56,819 nucleotides of DNA, filler included, from Dugesia japonica (GCA_001938525.1; 6 parts of 6 records of this genome joined end to end with filler, not necessarily neighbours in it); one strand, 5' to 3'. Numbered from the whole stretch's first letter, positions 1-13,755 are shown. The notes: generated by a model from the letters alone, not told the origin. A program made the numbers and translations.

Positions 1-2270
1 CGGGTACTACAATATTGAGTTAAATTGAACATGATAAAGAAAAAACAGCATTTACAATTAGGAGAGGACAAAATGAATTTAACAGATTGCCTTTTGGATT
101 GTAAGAAGCACCCGCAACGTTTCAGAGATTAATGCATCTCATTTTACGAGAAGAACATTTTGAAAAATGCGTAATTTACTTAGATGACATTCTCATCTTT
201 GGAAAAGATTTTGAAGAACATAACGAGAGACTAAGAACAGTATTGGAGAAAAAAGACAAGCAGGAGTAAAACTATTAACTACAAAGTGCACTTTTTTACG
301 AAATTTAGTTAAATATTTCGGTCAAATAATACCTGAAAGAGGAATTGAAACCGATCCAGATAAAATTACAGCCGTTCAAAATTGGCAGCTCCCACAAACA
401 AATGAGGATCTGCAATGTTTCTTAGGATTCTGTAACTATTACAGAAAATTTGTCGAGAATTATGCCATTATAGTTAGACCTTTAGAAGAAATTCTTAGAG
501 AAGCTAATATCATTCGAAATAGGAAAAAGATCGTAAATCTAAAATAGAAAGAGGAACACACAATGTCATTTTCAAAGCTAAAATACGCTTTGACAAATAC
601 ACCAGTTCTAGTTTTCCCGAATGAACAGACACTTTTGTATTGGATACTGATGCAAGCCATCATGCTATGGGAGCAGTTCTGAGCCAGTTACAAAATAATG
701 AAGAAAANGTTATCTGCTATGGATCAAAGAAATTTACAAAGACAGAGCAGATGTACTGTGTAACTAGGAAAGAACTCTTGGCAGTATATTATTTCTCAAC
801 ACGATTTAAACATTACGTTTTAGGCCAAAAAAATTATCATACGGACGGACCAGAAAAGTTAAATATGGATGCTAAATTGGAAAAAGTCAAATAACTTCCA
901 ATATGGATAGCAGAATTAGTGGTTTATGATTATGAAATTCAATATAGACCTGGAAAATTTCATGTGAATGCAAACGCTTTATCTAGAAAGAAACAATGCG
1001 AACAATGCGAAATAATACATAAAGACTCGAAAAAGAAACGGAATATAAAGGTAGTAAAATCAATAGTTGAAAACGAGAAAATAAATTATCATGAAGTCAA
1101 AGAGATTGAGAAAAAACGAGAAGCCTACGATATGAATAGAGTAAATAAATTATTAAATTATTTTCATAATAGATTGGGACAACCAAGTGGAAGACAGACT
1201 CTGCATAATGTACAAAAATACCACCAGCGGAATAACATGAAAATCGACATAGATACATAAATTAACAATTGTATTCCATGTGCAGAAAGATAAAAAAGGA
1301 AATAAACTAGGATGTAAGATCAAAATATCATTCACCGCCACAGAGCCATTTGAAACAATATGTGTAGACACCACAGGACCATTAACAACATTCGCTGGTT
1401 ATTCCTACATCTTGGAAATAATAGACGTATACTCCAGGTATGTATCATTGATCCCGATGAAAAATCAGAAAAACATCCCCGCAGAGGGGATCACAAAATT
1501 TATACCAGAAAGATAGATAGCATATTTTGGAATTCCTAAAATCATTCATTCAGATAATGGAACATAATTTAAGTCAGCATCGATGAACAGATTATGCAAG
1601 GAGATACAGATAAGTCAATCATATTCGTCTCCACATTACCTCGAGAGAAATGGACTAATAGAACGGGCATTCAGGTAGGCCAAAGATAAAATATTTACGA
1701 TGAGTCAATCAAATAAAAAAAATTGTGTAGAAACTTTACCATTTGCAGAAATGAGCATGCGGTCAGCTAAATCAAAGAAACACAATATTTTACCATTCAA
1801 AATAATATTTGGTACTAAAATGAGATTAAGTATTAAGATCGCTTCAGAAGAAATAAAGAATTAGAATAAAATAAACAGCCAAAGAAAGAGTTAGCAGAAA
1901 GCAATATTAAAGAGAAAAGAAACCACCTAAAAACACCGAAAGAACCACGAACAGAACAAAACAAAGCCAAAATATGGGATTTAGTTCTGATAAAAACCAA
2001 CGAGAGGAAGTGATTCTCTGGACCATGGAAAGTTAATACTATTTTACCTAATAATAATTTAGAGCTTTTACTGAACAATTAAGGAATAACAAGAAATATT
2101 CACCAAATAAAACGGTTCAAGGGAGAGATTCAGCAAACTAGTTACAAATCTGAATTTATCATCAATGGAGCAACGAGACATAATACATTAGAGATGGAGA
2201 AAACCGAAAATAAAGACAGGCGCTACCTAATTCGAGAGTGAAAAGTAAATCCTAAATACCAACAATAAAT
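1..2270 (+). mobile_element. Ty3/gypsy LTR retrotransposon pol remnant (RT, RNase H, integrase), frameshifted/with stops
   Basis: RT motifs (FNRLPFGL, APATFQR, YLDD at ~177-188), RNase H DTDAS...GAVLSQ...YCVTRKELLA (ORF 640-894), integrase PFETICVDTTGP...IIDVYSRY (ORF 1280-1516), IHSDNG, GPW/GPY-like motif. Confidence 0.95.
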
Positions 2271-2272
2271 CC

Positions 2273-2492
2273 GAGAGGGGGATGTAGAAAAAGATGTTGT
2301 TTAGTCGAACTAATTATGTAATCGGCAGTTTTTTAAAATATATTTTGTGTATCAATTTCTTTTTAGTTATCAAAACAACAGATTTTCTAATTAGTTATTT
2401 ATTCGTGTATTGTTTACAAACTCAAAAAATTAAAGATAGTAAAACAACCAAACATACAAAAGGCAGTACTGAAAGCTACCCTATAAATATAC
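2273..2492 (+). repeat. Polypurine tract (2273-2282) and start of 3' LTR (TG at 2283); LTR end approximate
   Basis: GAGAGGGGGA immediately followed by TGTAG, directly after the integrase. Confidence 0.65.
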
Positions 2493-2499
2493 AACTAAA

Positions 2500-3460
2500 A
2501 TATTGAAGATCCATCCAGNTTTTAGACACGCTGGGTGTTAGACTTGATTGCAGGCGATATAACAATAAATAACTAGCAATGATGAATAAAGAAAGAGAAC
2601 CGTTACATCTTACACCATGCTTGGTGTAAAAAACTGGAACAGCTCCGTCACTAACTAATGTATTTGGCAATGTAAAAAAGCTATACTAAGCATTTAATAA
2701 TATTTGTGGGTAAAACGACTGAAAATATAAGATGTAAACCAATGACGCGCAACATTTTTGAGATTGTAGTCTTTCCTAGTGCTTCTCAACTCAAACGATT
2801 CTGAGTCACACTAAAAATCCCGAATATCTGTCCATCATACTTTATGCTTCATCAGTGCATATACCAATACAATTTTTCCAATCAAGTAAATTATATTTAA
2901 AATATTCATTAATTGCCTTATATATTTCATCATTTGTTGTATTGGAAGGTAATTCGAGACAGTAAAGTAGTTCCTCTGTAATATCAGTAACATCGTAATC
3001 AATATGTCAAATGTAACACAGCAAAAGGGTTTTGTTTGAAATAGTGGTTGATTCGTCGATTTAAATTGGAAAAAATGTTTTGTTTATTTTCCGATAATTT
3101 GGTTTTCAATATCATTCGATATTTCAATAATTCTTTTATGTATTGTTTCATTGGAAAGCTGAAGATTTTTCATTTTGCTTTCAGCTGTCTGTCCTAATAC
3201 TTTTGAACAAACTTCTACTAAACAAGACTTTATTAAGTCTTGCACAATTGAATATGATTTCTTGCATTTGTCAATTTGCCATGTTACCAAATATTATGCT
3301 TTCACTAATAACTTATCAGCAAGAAACCATTTTTTTTAAAGGAGGATTTTGTTTTTTTTTATTCTAGACTTTTCCAAATAAAAATAAATCAAAGACTTGT
3401 CTTTTAACTTCTCATGTTTATTTGTTAAATATCAAATTAGCATATTCTGTATATATAAAT
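2500..3460 (-). mobile_element. hAT (Buster/SCAND3/ZBED5-like) transposase remnant
   Basis: ORF 3084-3290 LQLSNETIHKRIIEISNDIENQI, followed on the minus strand by DEST, EELLYCLELP and CIGICTDEA motifs. Confidence 0.8.
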
Positions 3461-3589
3461 TCATTTAATAAAACTCCAAGATAAATTACAATTTGGGGTT
3501 TTGTTAATTTTATTCACATTCTTACGAAATCATATATAAATTTAAAAGAGAAAATATCGTTAAATATCACAGAAGCCAAATTATTTGAA

Positions 3590-3710
3590 TATTTTCTTCT
3601 CTGGAATACGAGGCTTTCATCCATCGTTACAAATTTCAAATTTCAAATCATTTTTCCTCCGTAATTAGGATCAATCGAATATGACTTCACGATTGACTGG
3701 TTGATCACTC
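3590..3710 (-). mobile_element. Merlin (IS1595/IS1016-like) transposase N-terminal fragment
   Basis: Minus-strand GG...FVTMDESLVFQRRKY resembles the Merlin GG..VEIDES.F..RKY motif. Confidence 0.4.
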
Positions 3711-3970
3711 TTAATATAAAACAATCACATTTAAGCAACATACACTCCATTAAATTGGCAGAGTATTGTATTTTTAAAAATTCGCGGTTGCTTTGGTTGC
3801 CCACACACTTGCTTGTTTGTTTATAATTTCTTTTATTTTTACCATATTAATTAATTACAAATTATAGTTGAAATCAAAATTCAATTTTTAAATCACTTTA
3901 ACAATACAATCTTCCATAAAGAATTAATTCATTGTACTTTATTATTAGTGTTTGCTATAATTTGAAAATA

Positions 3971-4498
3971 CGGCGGAACCTCTCAAAAGTGACCACCTCC
4001 ACCTGGTGACCACCTCTATGGCATTGAACACTTCTTAAAGTTTAATCTCAAGATTCTTTAAAATAATTAATAAAAAGTGACCACTGCTAAAAATAATTTC
4101 TGTCAAATAAAAAAATTGTTTTTTAAAAATTTCAATCTTAAAACTTTCGTTTTAAAATTAATTTCACAAAAATTAACTTTACCATTGGATCTATGTATTA
4201 AACAAATATTTTAAAAAACAAATTTAAATAAAATTTTAAAAAAAATTTTTATTTAGAAATAGAGAATTTATTTTGTTTAAATAAATAAGAGTTAGTGGAA
4301 ATTTTAAAAAGTGAATTATGGGAAAATTGAATGAAACACAGACTCCCAAAGGAAATTTCATTGGTTATTTATTCAAATAAACATATTAATATTCATTTTG
4401 TGTACTGATTTATTAATAAATTTAGTGTTTTTTTACCATCAAATGTGATATGATGACCACCTCTTAAAAAGTTACTACTTCTTGAGAAAGTTCCACTG
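3971..4498. mobile_element. pogo/Tigger-like MITE
   Basis: Imperfect TIRs CGGCGGAACCTCTC / GAGAAAGTTCCACTG, TA on both flanks, subterminal GTGACCACC repeats. Confidence 0.7.
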
Positions 4499-5989
4499 TA
4501 TATTAAATTGGCATCGAGTATTGTATTTTAAAAAATTCGCATTTATGAATAAAATAAACTCTGCAACAAAATAAAATCAATATAAAACAAGGTCATATTT
4601 TCTGAATAATACGGTAATAAAACAAAGGATTAAATTATGCTATCAAAGGTTAATCGCAACAATCAAACTTTATCAATTGAAGACAGAAACACAATTCTGG
4701 AATCTTCGATGAATTTAATAATGTTTAGGTTTCAAATCTTTATATTTTATTTATATTATCAATTACGTAACAACTCGAATAACATTTCTCATTATTGTGG
4801 TAACTTCTACAAAATAATAATTTCTAGAACATTGGCAAACGTCTATTGAAGAAATTATCAACGAGGACAATTGATTTTGAAAAGTGAACGTGAATCAAAA
4901 AATTCTTAATGACAATATAGAGAATCTAGAATATACAATGACATTTGTATCATGTATACTAAATTTTTTCATAGGTGTTTACAACATTTATAAACTTTGA
5001 AAAATAAGCCTCAAACCGCACTATTAATCCGAAGAAATACAGCTCACAACTAAGTAATTTAAAGTAAGCAATCAACCAGAAGCAACCTGAACTAGCAAAC
5101 AGAAAGGGTATTGAATCTCTTTAAGTCAATGATAAATCCTGCATGTCTTTGCCTAACCGACCGTACTCACTAGCACCCTCCGACTAATATTTATGTAGAT
5201 CTCTTCTAAAGAGTTTACGTGATAAGAACTTTTCTTGCTCAGAGTTTTTATAAGTTTCGACATTATGCAGATAGCAGACAGATTGAGAATTAAATTATAC
5301 TTTAACTTTTGTATAAAAAACTGGATAAACTATGACAGAGGTTCTGTCGAAACACGCAATAAAAAAACTATTTCTTCAAATTAAATTATATCATTTTTCT
5401 TAAANTTTTTATTAATTTTCTTCATTGGATTCATTTATTTAACTTTTATGAGCAACTTTAGTAATTGTAATACAAAATTTTATTATCAATTAGAATTATG
5501 AAAGTTAGTTAAGAGAATTTTTAATAGAAACAAAGATATTGATAAAAAAAACGTCAATGTTTTGTTAACTTATTTAATTTGCTTTCCACTTTCTAGTAAT
5601 TTAAAAATAAAAAAGAATAACAATTAAATAATCATTGTAAATTCTTGTTTCAAACACAAAATCAACTTTCAATTAATTTTCTTATAATTATTAATTTTTA
5701 TTCTATTGAATTTGATTAAAAATAAAGAAGTATGTTTTTTTTCAAATTATTTGTCAATAGATAAATAAACGTCAGTTTATTTGGATCTGTAATGAATTTG
5801 ATTAGCCAATGAATTCTCCAATCAATAAACTAATTTACTTGCAAAAATTTTGAATCGAAAAAAAGAATTACATAATTTGGATAGTTAGATTGATAATAAA
5901 ATTTGGTATAATATATTATATGGAATGATTATTATATTTTATCCTAGACGGTGATTTTTCCATTAATATTTTTTCGAAAATTGTACTAG

Positions 5990-6066
5990 GTTTCTACAAT
6001 TGTTTTATCAACTGAACAAGATTTTGAGATAGATAATTCAATTAATATAGAATATTCATCTGAAAG
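5990..6066 (+). CDS. Possible isolated internal exon (VSTIVLSTEQDFEIDNSINIEYSSE)
   Basis: tactAG|...AAG|GTAAAT splice context with an open frame. Confidence 0.3.
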
Positions 6067-7194
6067 GTAAATAATTTAGTTTCATTAGTTCTATTTATAA
6101 AATTTTTATTTGAGAATGCATTTTTGAAGTAAAGTACGATTTTATTGATGTATTAATGTCTAGTTTATAAAAATAGGTGGATTTAAGCTGCAACAAATAT
6201 TAGTAAAATTGATTTACAGAATTAATGGACAATTAAATCAATTCTAAAAACAAGCATATCGTATTTTTCAAAAGATTTAGAAAATATCCATCTTCTTTAA
6301 CGAAATAAGATCTATTTATTTATAAATATAAAAAAAATTATTAGTATAAAATTTCAAAAGACTAACTTTATTAAGTAATTTATTTAACTAGTGCAATTTG
6401 TAAAATTAATTCAGAATCCTAGAATTCCAACATTAAACAAAATGAAATATATTGATTAATGTTTACTTTTTTTTTGTAAATTTTCTGTTTGAATTTATTT
6501 TACAATATTTTATTTGTGGAAATAATAGTTACCATTATTTCTGAGTTAGACTGAATTTCCTCAAATAATATGTTTTCAATCAAATGTTTTTTTTAAAATT
6601 GAAATTAATAAATATATTCTTTTCATTTTTATTAAATTTGTTAGAATTATATTATTTGATAAGCTTTTGCAATTTATGAAATTTTATATTTTAAAATGTT
6701 TAAATTATTTTTTTAATAGTTTATTTGCTACTTAAATTCTCCCGACAAACTATATCTAAATTTAATCAAGTTCTATTTATTATTTAATTAGCGCATTAAA
6801 TTTACATTTAAGCGGATTATAAATAAATTCTAAATTAACTTAATTAATTTTTTCGAAATCAAAATGAATATTGTTGGGGTTGAATGATATTTAAAATTTA
6901 ATTTAAAATAAACAAAAAATTGTAATTAATCACCGATAATTAATCTTTACAATAATTTGTAATGCTAATCTTATTATTTATATTTTCGCGGTGTTTGTTT
7001 CATGTTTATCGTTACAATTTTATTTTTATATATTATACGTAATTTGCGGGACTCATATTATCTACGAAACTATCTATAAAAGCTTATTAATTATAATATA
7101 TTAATTATTGAAAGTGTTTCCAAAATTTAATATATAGTTAGATCTCAGTTAATTGAATTAAAGAACACGACTCGATACAGAATAAATCAATTAA

Positions 7195-7356
7195 AAAGTC
7201 AATTCCTGACGAAGACAAGGTCGAAATATCGAATTGTTATCAAATATCAATAAAAAAAATTTTTGTATCGAAGCTTATATTTTAAATGAATTCTGTAAAA
7301 CGATCAATGGTTATGTCCAACGATTATTCTCGCAATAATTTGTGTAATTGTTAAAT
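7195..7356 (+). repeat. Hammerhead-headed ~150-bp dispersed repeat, copy 1
   Basis: HHR followed by GATCGAAGCTT-like, AAACGATCAATGGTTA and ATTATTCTCGCAATAATT motifs shared with other copies. Confidence 0.8.
7200..7236 (+). ncRNA. Minimal type I hammerhead ribozyme (PLE-type)
   Basis: CAATTC-CTGACGA-A-GAC aag GTC-GAAA-TA-TC-GAATTG: stem I CAATTC/GAATTG, intact core, palindromic ATAT stem III, AUC cleavage triplet. Confidence 0.8.
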
Positions 7357-7498
7357 ATAGATCCTCAAAAATCACGATTTTAACTTTCTTCTTTTATTTT
7401 TATCCATATTAATTTATTTTACATTACTAATAAAACAAAGATTAGCAATTATTAAAATAATGTATGATAACAAAAAATAGATATTACAAGCTTTAACT

Positions 7499-7794
7499 CA
7501 GTGCTGTCCAAACTTTTTTGAGCCACGGCACATTTGTTTGAATTAAAAANNNNNNNNNNNNNNNNNNNNNNNNNNNNNNNNNNNNNNNNNNNNNNNNNNN
7601 NNNNNNNNNNNNNNNNNNNNNNNNNNNNNNNNNNNNNNNNNNTCAATTTCGCACTTAATTGATCAATTAATATTTAAAATTTAAACAACCTTCAAAATAT
7701 CCATTATTCAACTTCCTTTAATTAAGTTGTCAAAAAACAGGGTATTTTTGACTTTATTTGAAAAATTTCGCGGCACACGGTTTGGAAAACACTG
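7499..7794. mobile_element. hAT (Buster-type) MITE
   Basis: TIRs CAGTGCTGTCCAAAC / GTTTGGAAAACACTG; 8-bp TSD CTTTAACT/CTTTAATT with central TA. Confidence 0.8.
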
Positions 7795-8494
7795 CTTTAA
7801 TTGAGGGGTTAAAAATTAAAACATTTTAATCTCTATTTAAAAAAAAAGCCAACTTAGTATTAAACATTTATCAAAAATTATTCTTAATTACAATGTTAAA
7901 ATTATTGGATAATCTGATTTAATATTTAGAATTTTGTTTTACTGCTTTAAAATATTTTTTTTTATTTGAGAAAATTCAATTGAAACTTTTTCATGTTAAT
8001 AGTTATAATTTAATGAAAGAAAAGTATTATGATATAACCAAATCAGGCCTAATAAAACTTTAAAATATAGTAAGACACAAATAATTATCAAAACAAAGAA
8101 AAAATAACAAAAATTAAATAAAAAAAGAATTAATAAGAATTCAGAAAAGATATCAAATAAATGAAAAACCAATGATGAACGATTTAAATAAATTCATATT
8201 AATGGAATGTATTATTCTATTAAAACTATTAATTTATAAATGAATCAAATAATAAATAATAAAGTAAACCGTTCGATCATAGCAAGAATCAAAAGTTTTG
8301 AATAATAAAACAATTTACCAATTAAAACATAATTTTACAAAAACATTATTTAATTTCATAAAATAAAATTGATCCAATCAATAAAGATTTTAGAACTAAC
8401 ATATATTATCGAATACTATGAGTCATACTATTTAAATAGTATGACCAAAAAATTAACAATTTAGATAATTAATCAGTTTGGTCAGACACATATA

Positions 8495-8768
8495 CCGTAT
8501 TTATTTTCTTATAATGCTCACATTTAAAATGTTTTTATGCATTATAGGAAAATAAAAAATTTAAAATATAAATTTCAATTTCAAAATTTATTGTATTGCT
8601 AAATTAGGACTGCTCTTAGAAATGTCATCTATCAAACTAGAATTTGAAGTATTTAGTTCAACAGGCTCGACAATTTTTTCAATATAGTCAGGCTTTGAAA
8701 AGAAAATAGAAAAACCTTGTGAAAATTTTACTTTATTTGATGAGTGCATTATAAGAAAATAAATACGG
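8495..8768. mobile_element. Tc1/mariner-superfamily (Tc2/pogo-like) MITE
   Basis: TIR CCGTATTTATTTTCTTATAATGC and its reverse complement; TA on the left flank. Confidence 0.75.
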
Positions 8769-9887
8769 TTAACTATTTTTTTAAGTTATTCAAACATGAA
8801 TATAGATTGTTGAATATAGAATAAAATAAGTTCATATTTTATAGTTATACTATTTAAATAGAATACAAAAAAATCTTGATTATGGTCTTATTATTTGAGT
8901 TGGTCATACTATTTGGTAATATTGGTTATTTTTTAATTATAAAAGCGGGAAAATTTTTATAGTTATTTATTGACAAATAAATCAATGTAATTTATTAATT
9001 CCGGGTTTATTTTAACAAACTTTACAAACCAATCCATTATTTGTGTAAAGCTCTCAAGCAGTTAGAAAAACTGTTAGACAAGTTTGTGAGACTCATTGTA
9101 GAATTTAGAAAACTAGTTGATTCCATTAAAATTTTATTATAAAAAATATTAAAACAACAAATTTAATTTTTCAAACAAATCATGTTTCGAATCTAAATTG
9201 ATATTCTCAGTTTTTTAAGATTTATTTCAACAATTCTATAATGATATTTTTAATTTCAAACTTTTTGTAAAGATTAATAATTTATTTATATTATTACATT
9301 TAATTATTTGACGCACTTAAAATCTTTAAATTAAACCTTTTTTTAATTATTTCAAAATTCATGTTTAAAAATTTATTATTTAAATAATGTCTTTTAAATA
9401 TTTAATAAATCTTTTATTAACAAACTTAAATTACTTTTTAATGGACTAATTAGATAAAAAATTATAATAAAAAAGTAATATTGGCTAATTATATCTTTTA
9501 ATAATAATAATTCTATTTATTTTCAATCAAAGGAAAACTATTTGAAAGTAAAATTTTAATTAAGATCACAAAAAACTTAATCCCGTTTTTAAAATAATCT
9601 CACAAAGATTTGTTTTTTTGCATAGAAACAATAAGTTGCTAATTATTTATAATATTAAATACCAGACTTTGGTATCTATCATATAAAGAGGCAAAAATAT
9701 GACAAAAACCAGAATGAAAACTTAAAGGAAATTCCACAACGTTAATCCCAGTGCTTTTTATCTGTAGAAAAATAGTATTGCAAAAAATACTATCAAAGGA
9801 AACTAATATATTTTCTGAATTCTAAATTATAATTTTTTCGGAAATGAAAAAACAGCGAAAACTTTATCCGTAAAACAGCATCTAGAC

Positions 9888-10215
9888 CAGAAGTGTCATT
9901 TGAAGGTGTGAGCCAAATAATAATTTTCAGAACATTTCGCGGGTCAAGGATAAAAGTTATTTAGAAATACATTATTAATTCATTAGTGCTAATAATTCGA
10001 AATAACGGAAATTTAACAAATAATAAATATTGATAATAGCATAACTACATAATTTTATGATTTAGATGTAATTATATTTTAGAAGATGCAACAAGTTATT
10101 TCAATGCTAATATATACTTAAATCTTAACATCAAATTTTACATTTATTAACGGGCCAGAAAATCACAAGCTATTGAACCAAATTTACACCACAGACCAGA
10201 TGTTTGATAGCTCTC
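9888..10215. mobile_element. Degenerate hAT-like MITE
   Basis: CAGAAGTGTCA ... GTTTGATAGCTCT ends and internal CGGGCC-like motifs. Confidence 0.3.
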
Positions 10216-11076
10216 ATCAATATTTCCAATAATATAATAATTAGTTACTTACAGTGCATGTTCACAGAAACAACAACATTGCTCGTTCTATGAATGCATT
10301 CTGAACGACTCTATTCGATAAATGCGTACTTTTGACAAACAATGTATTTTGTATGAGATCTAAAAAACACTAAGCTTTAAATGATGATTTGTAACATCTG
10401 ATTTGTAATAATAACTATTCAACTTGAAAAGAATTCTGGTCATTGAGCTTCTTGGCTTGATATAGACAAACAAACTTAAACTAAATCGGTACACGTACGA
10501 TACTCTCCAGGAAGACATATCGAAAGGATTGGAAAAAGGAATGTAATATCAATTATCTTCTATGTTTCATTTAAAACAAATTACTATTTTAAATAACAAA
10601 ATTGATTAGTTATATTTAGATNNNNNNNNNNNNNNNNNNNNNNNNNNNNNNNNNNNNNNNNNNNNNNNNNNNNNNNNTAATTACTTATTGCTAATTATTT
10701 GTTTAATTTTTGTTTATATCTTAACATGAATTAATATGTTGTAGAAAATATCATCGTTTTTTTTCTGTTTTTTATGAAATCTAATTTGTAAATAATTTCT
10801 TCAAATTTAATTGGTTAAGAAAATTTTTATAATGATAATTTTTAGTTTTGTTTAAATTGATGAAATATTTTGTAAAATCATTTAACACCTTTTCAATTTC
10901 TTTTAATTAATTTTAAAAATATTGAAATTTTTAATAAATTATTTCGATTTAAAAAATAATTTAAATATATTTTTAATAATGAAAGTTTTATAACTTTTAG
11001 TAAAGAATTTTTAAAATAAATATTTAAAATATNNNNNNNNNNNNNNNNNNNNNNNNNNNNNNNNNNNNNNNNNNNN

Positions 11077-11088
11077 TTAATTAATTAA
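11077..11088. other. Artificial scaffold linker TTAATTAATTAA between 44-N pads (also 21518-21529, 30272-30283, 39553-39564, 47976-47987)
   Basis: Identical 12-mer with stops in all six frames, centred in 100-nt gaps, five times. Confidence 0.95.
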
Positions 11089-11191
11089 NNNNNNNNNNNN
11101 NNNNNNNNNNNNNNNNNNNNNNNNNNNNNNNNTGGAGTGATGAGTTAGGAACAAGATTTTGAATTTTAGAACAACTCACGCCAGAACCCCA

Positions 11192-11614
11192 ACAATAATA
11201 ATAATATAATAATAGTATAATAATAGTATAATAATAGTATAATAATAATATAAAATAATATAATAATAACATAATTATAATATAATTATAATATAATTAT
11301 AATATAATCATAATATAATAATAATGTCATAATAATATTAATAATTGTAATTTAATAATAATTATAANNNNNNNNNNNNNNNNNNNNNNNNNNNNNNNNN
11401 NNNNNNNNNNNNNNNNNNNNNNNNNNNNNNNNNNNNNNNNNNNNNNNNNNNNNNNNNNNNNNNNNNNNNNNNNNNNNNNNNNNNNNNNNNNNNNNNNNNN
11501 NNNNNNNNNNNNNNNNNNNNNNNNNNNNNNNNNNNNNNNNNNNNNNNNNNNNNNNNNNNNNNNNNNNNNNNNNNNNNNNNNNNNNNNNNNNNNNNNNNNN
11601 NNNNNNNNNNNNNN

Positions 11615-11680
<66 letters not shown>
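11192..11680. repeat. (AAT)n microsatellite region spanning a gap (others at 18028-18107, 30170-30227, 30478-30535, 45299-45350)
   Basis: Direct reading. Confidence 0.9.
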
Positions 11681-12704
11681 TATACAGTTAAAATATTTTT
11701 ATTTGTAAAATCTAAATTCTTTAATACCAACTTGTTCTGGTATAATAAACCTAACATAAAATTCAAAATATATTAATTAGAAATTATTATAATTATTCCA
11801 AAACAGTTGAAATTGGCTAATTTGTGTATTGCTTTACAAAACAGATAAAAGGAATATTTCAATGTAAAACGATCTGCATCTAATTTATATGTAATGAATT
11901 AAGTTCTGCCTTTTCAATACAGCTTATACAAATAACTTTTTCTACATGCCAATTTATAAAAAAACTCATTAAATTAATAAAATTTGTAACGAACAATTTT
12001 CCATTGAAAAAAAAATTATTTTACAATTAGAAAATGCAAATTATAGAAAATTATAAATATAAAATTAATAAATAGTTAATTATTTAACTAGTAAACTGAC
12101 TAACATAAAACCGATTATTCAACTTTGTTTCAACAATAAATTATTCAGAAAATTTTTATTTCAGTTAATAATCTTTATGCTCCGATTAATAGAAAAAATG
12201 TTGATCATTTGATTTTTAAAGAATATGCCGACGATAATAAAAGAAATACTTAAAAAAAGAATTTTTTTTAAAATAAATTGTAAAAAATTAAACGAAATCA
12301 ATATTTTATTATTATTTTATTGTTTTAAATGGAATCATATTGTTATTGAAGTGAGAAAGTTATCGATTTTATAATTTATTTGCATTCCATTTTTTTCCCT
12401 GTCAAATAAATAGATTTGTTTTGATAAATTTGTTTTAATTTATCTTAGAAAAATTAAAAATTCTTTTAGTTTTGTAATAATCAATATATTTTCTAAATGA
12501 TTTCATTTCTAATTTAATTTTAGTAATTGTTTNNNNNNNNNNNNNTTTTAAAATTAATTTAAGTTTTAGAATTTTACATAGAGAAAATTTAATTTTTGTT
12601 ATTTAATATTTTAACATAAACATTATATTTCACTAGTAAATATATGGAAATAAACTAATTACAAAAAAATTTAATTATTTTAATTCAATTACATTCGTTA
12701 TAAT

Positions 12705-12835
12705 AAAAGCTTCGATCAAAATTCGTTTTTTTGTTTTTGAAAAATAATTCATAGAAGATTTTATTTTAATGAATTCTGAAAAACGATCAATGGTTACGTT
12801 TAACAATTATTCTCGCAATAATTGTAATTGTAAAC
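12705..12835 (+). repeat. Hammerhead-headed repeat family, truncated copy with an inverted partial head
   Basis: AAAAGCTTCGATCAAAA (inverted) then GAATTCTGAAAAACGATCAATGGTTACG...TTATTCTCGCAATAATTG. Confidence 0.75.
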
Positions 12836-12869
12836 TAATTCTATTGGTTGTATTACTTCCTAATTACTT

Positions 12870-13420
12870 ATGTTTTTTTATCTTTCTAAGTTTTCCAAAT
12901 TTTTCTCTAATCGCTTTCAACTTTTTCATTGTACAGCATATTGTCTTTCGTGAATTTTCTCAATTATTCGATAAGGATCTTCAAATCTGTTTAGATTTTA
13001 TTTCTTGTTTCTACCTTGATGAGGGAATAATCTCCTACTGTAAATTCTCTATTAATAATTACTTCCAAAATGTTTTTAGTTCTTTCTGAAACATTTGACT
13101 CTTTTGAAATAATATCTTTCCAGTTGGCTTTTGTTTTGTGGCTTTTATCGTAAATTTGATTTCTGAGAAAAGATCTGCTTAATCTGGTGTCATTTTCTCC
13201 TAAAGTGTGGCATTAATTAAATATCAGACTGTTCTAAATTGTCTTTCAATTTTTCCTTTTCCATTTCTGATTTTATTGGCTAAATCTTTTCTCATTGACG
13301 GATTTTATGGTTCAAGTTTCTTTAGCAAAATTATACTGTATGGTTTCACATTTAGAATGGTTGAATGTCACTTTCTTCACCAAGTGTTTCGTTCTCGCTG
13401 GAAAGAGGTATAACGCATTA
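12870..13420 (-). mobile_element. Gypsy fragments (integrase C-terminus joined to an RT N-terminal piece)
   Basis: FEDPYRIIEK (GPY-like) and GKIERQFRT motifs; similar to 41000-41340. Confidence 0.7.
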
Positions 13421-13694
13421 AAATACTTGAACTTTGCTTAAAACTTTTATCAGTTAATAATAAGCATATGGTGATTTAAAGTTTCCTATACATTGCATAA
13501 AGAGATTATAGTGAAAGATAATTTAGTTGAGAAGATAATTTATAATTATATAATTAATTATAATTATAATTATAAATATAAATAATTTTTTTAAATATTT
13601 TATAGCATACAACTTAGANNNNNNNNNNNNNNNNNNNNNNNNNNNNNNNNNNNNNNNNNNNNNNNNNNNNNNNNNNNNNNNNNNNNNNNNNNNN

Positions 13695-13755
13695 CAGAAC
13701 ACCTCCTCTTATTCTGAATTTGGTACCATCTGATTTAGAAATACAAGACTTATAG
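13695..13755 (-). CDS. Possible exon (YKSCISKSDGTKFRIRGGVL) running into a gap
   Basis: tttttAG acceptor, open frame, raised GC. Confidence 0.35.

Noticed and set aside
4637-5330. Coding-like stretch, possibly a non-LTR/PLE body
   Set aside because: No recognisable RT or endonuclease motif
10253-10359. Segment with good minus-strand splice sites
   Set aside because: Stops in all three frames; not supportable as an internal coding exon
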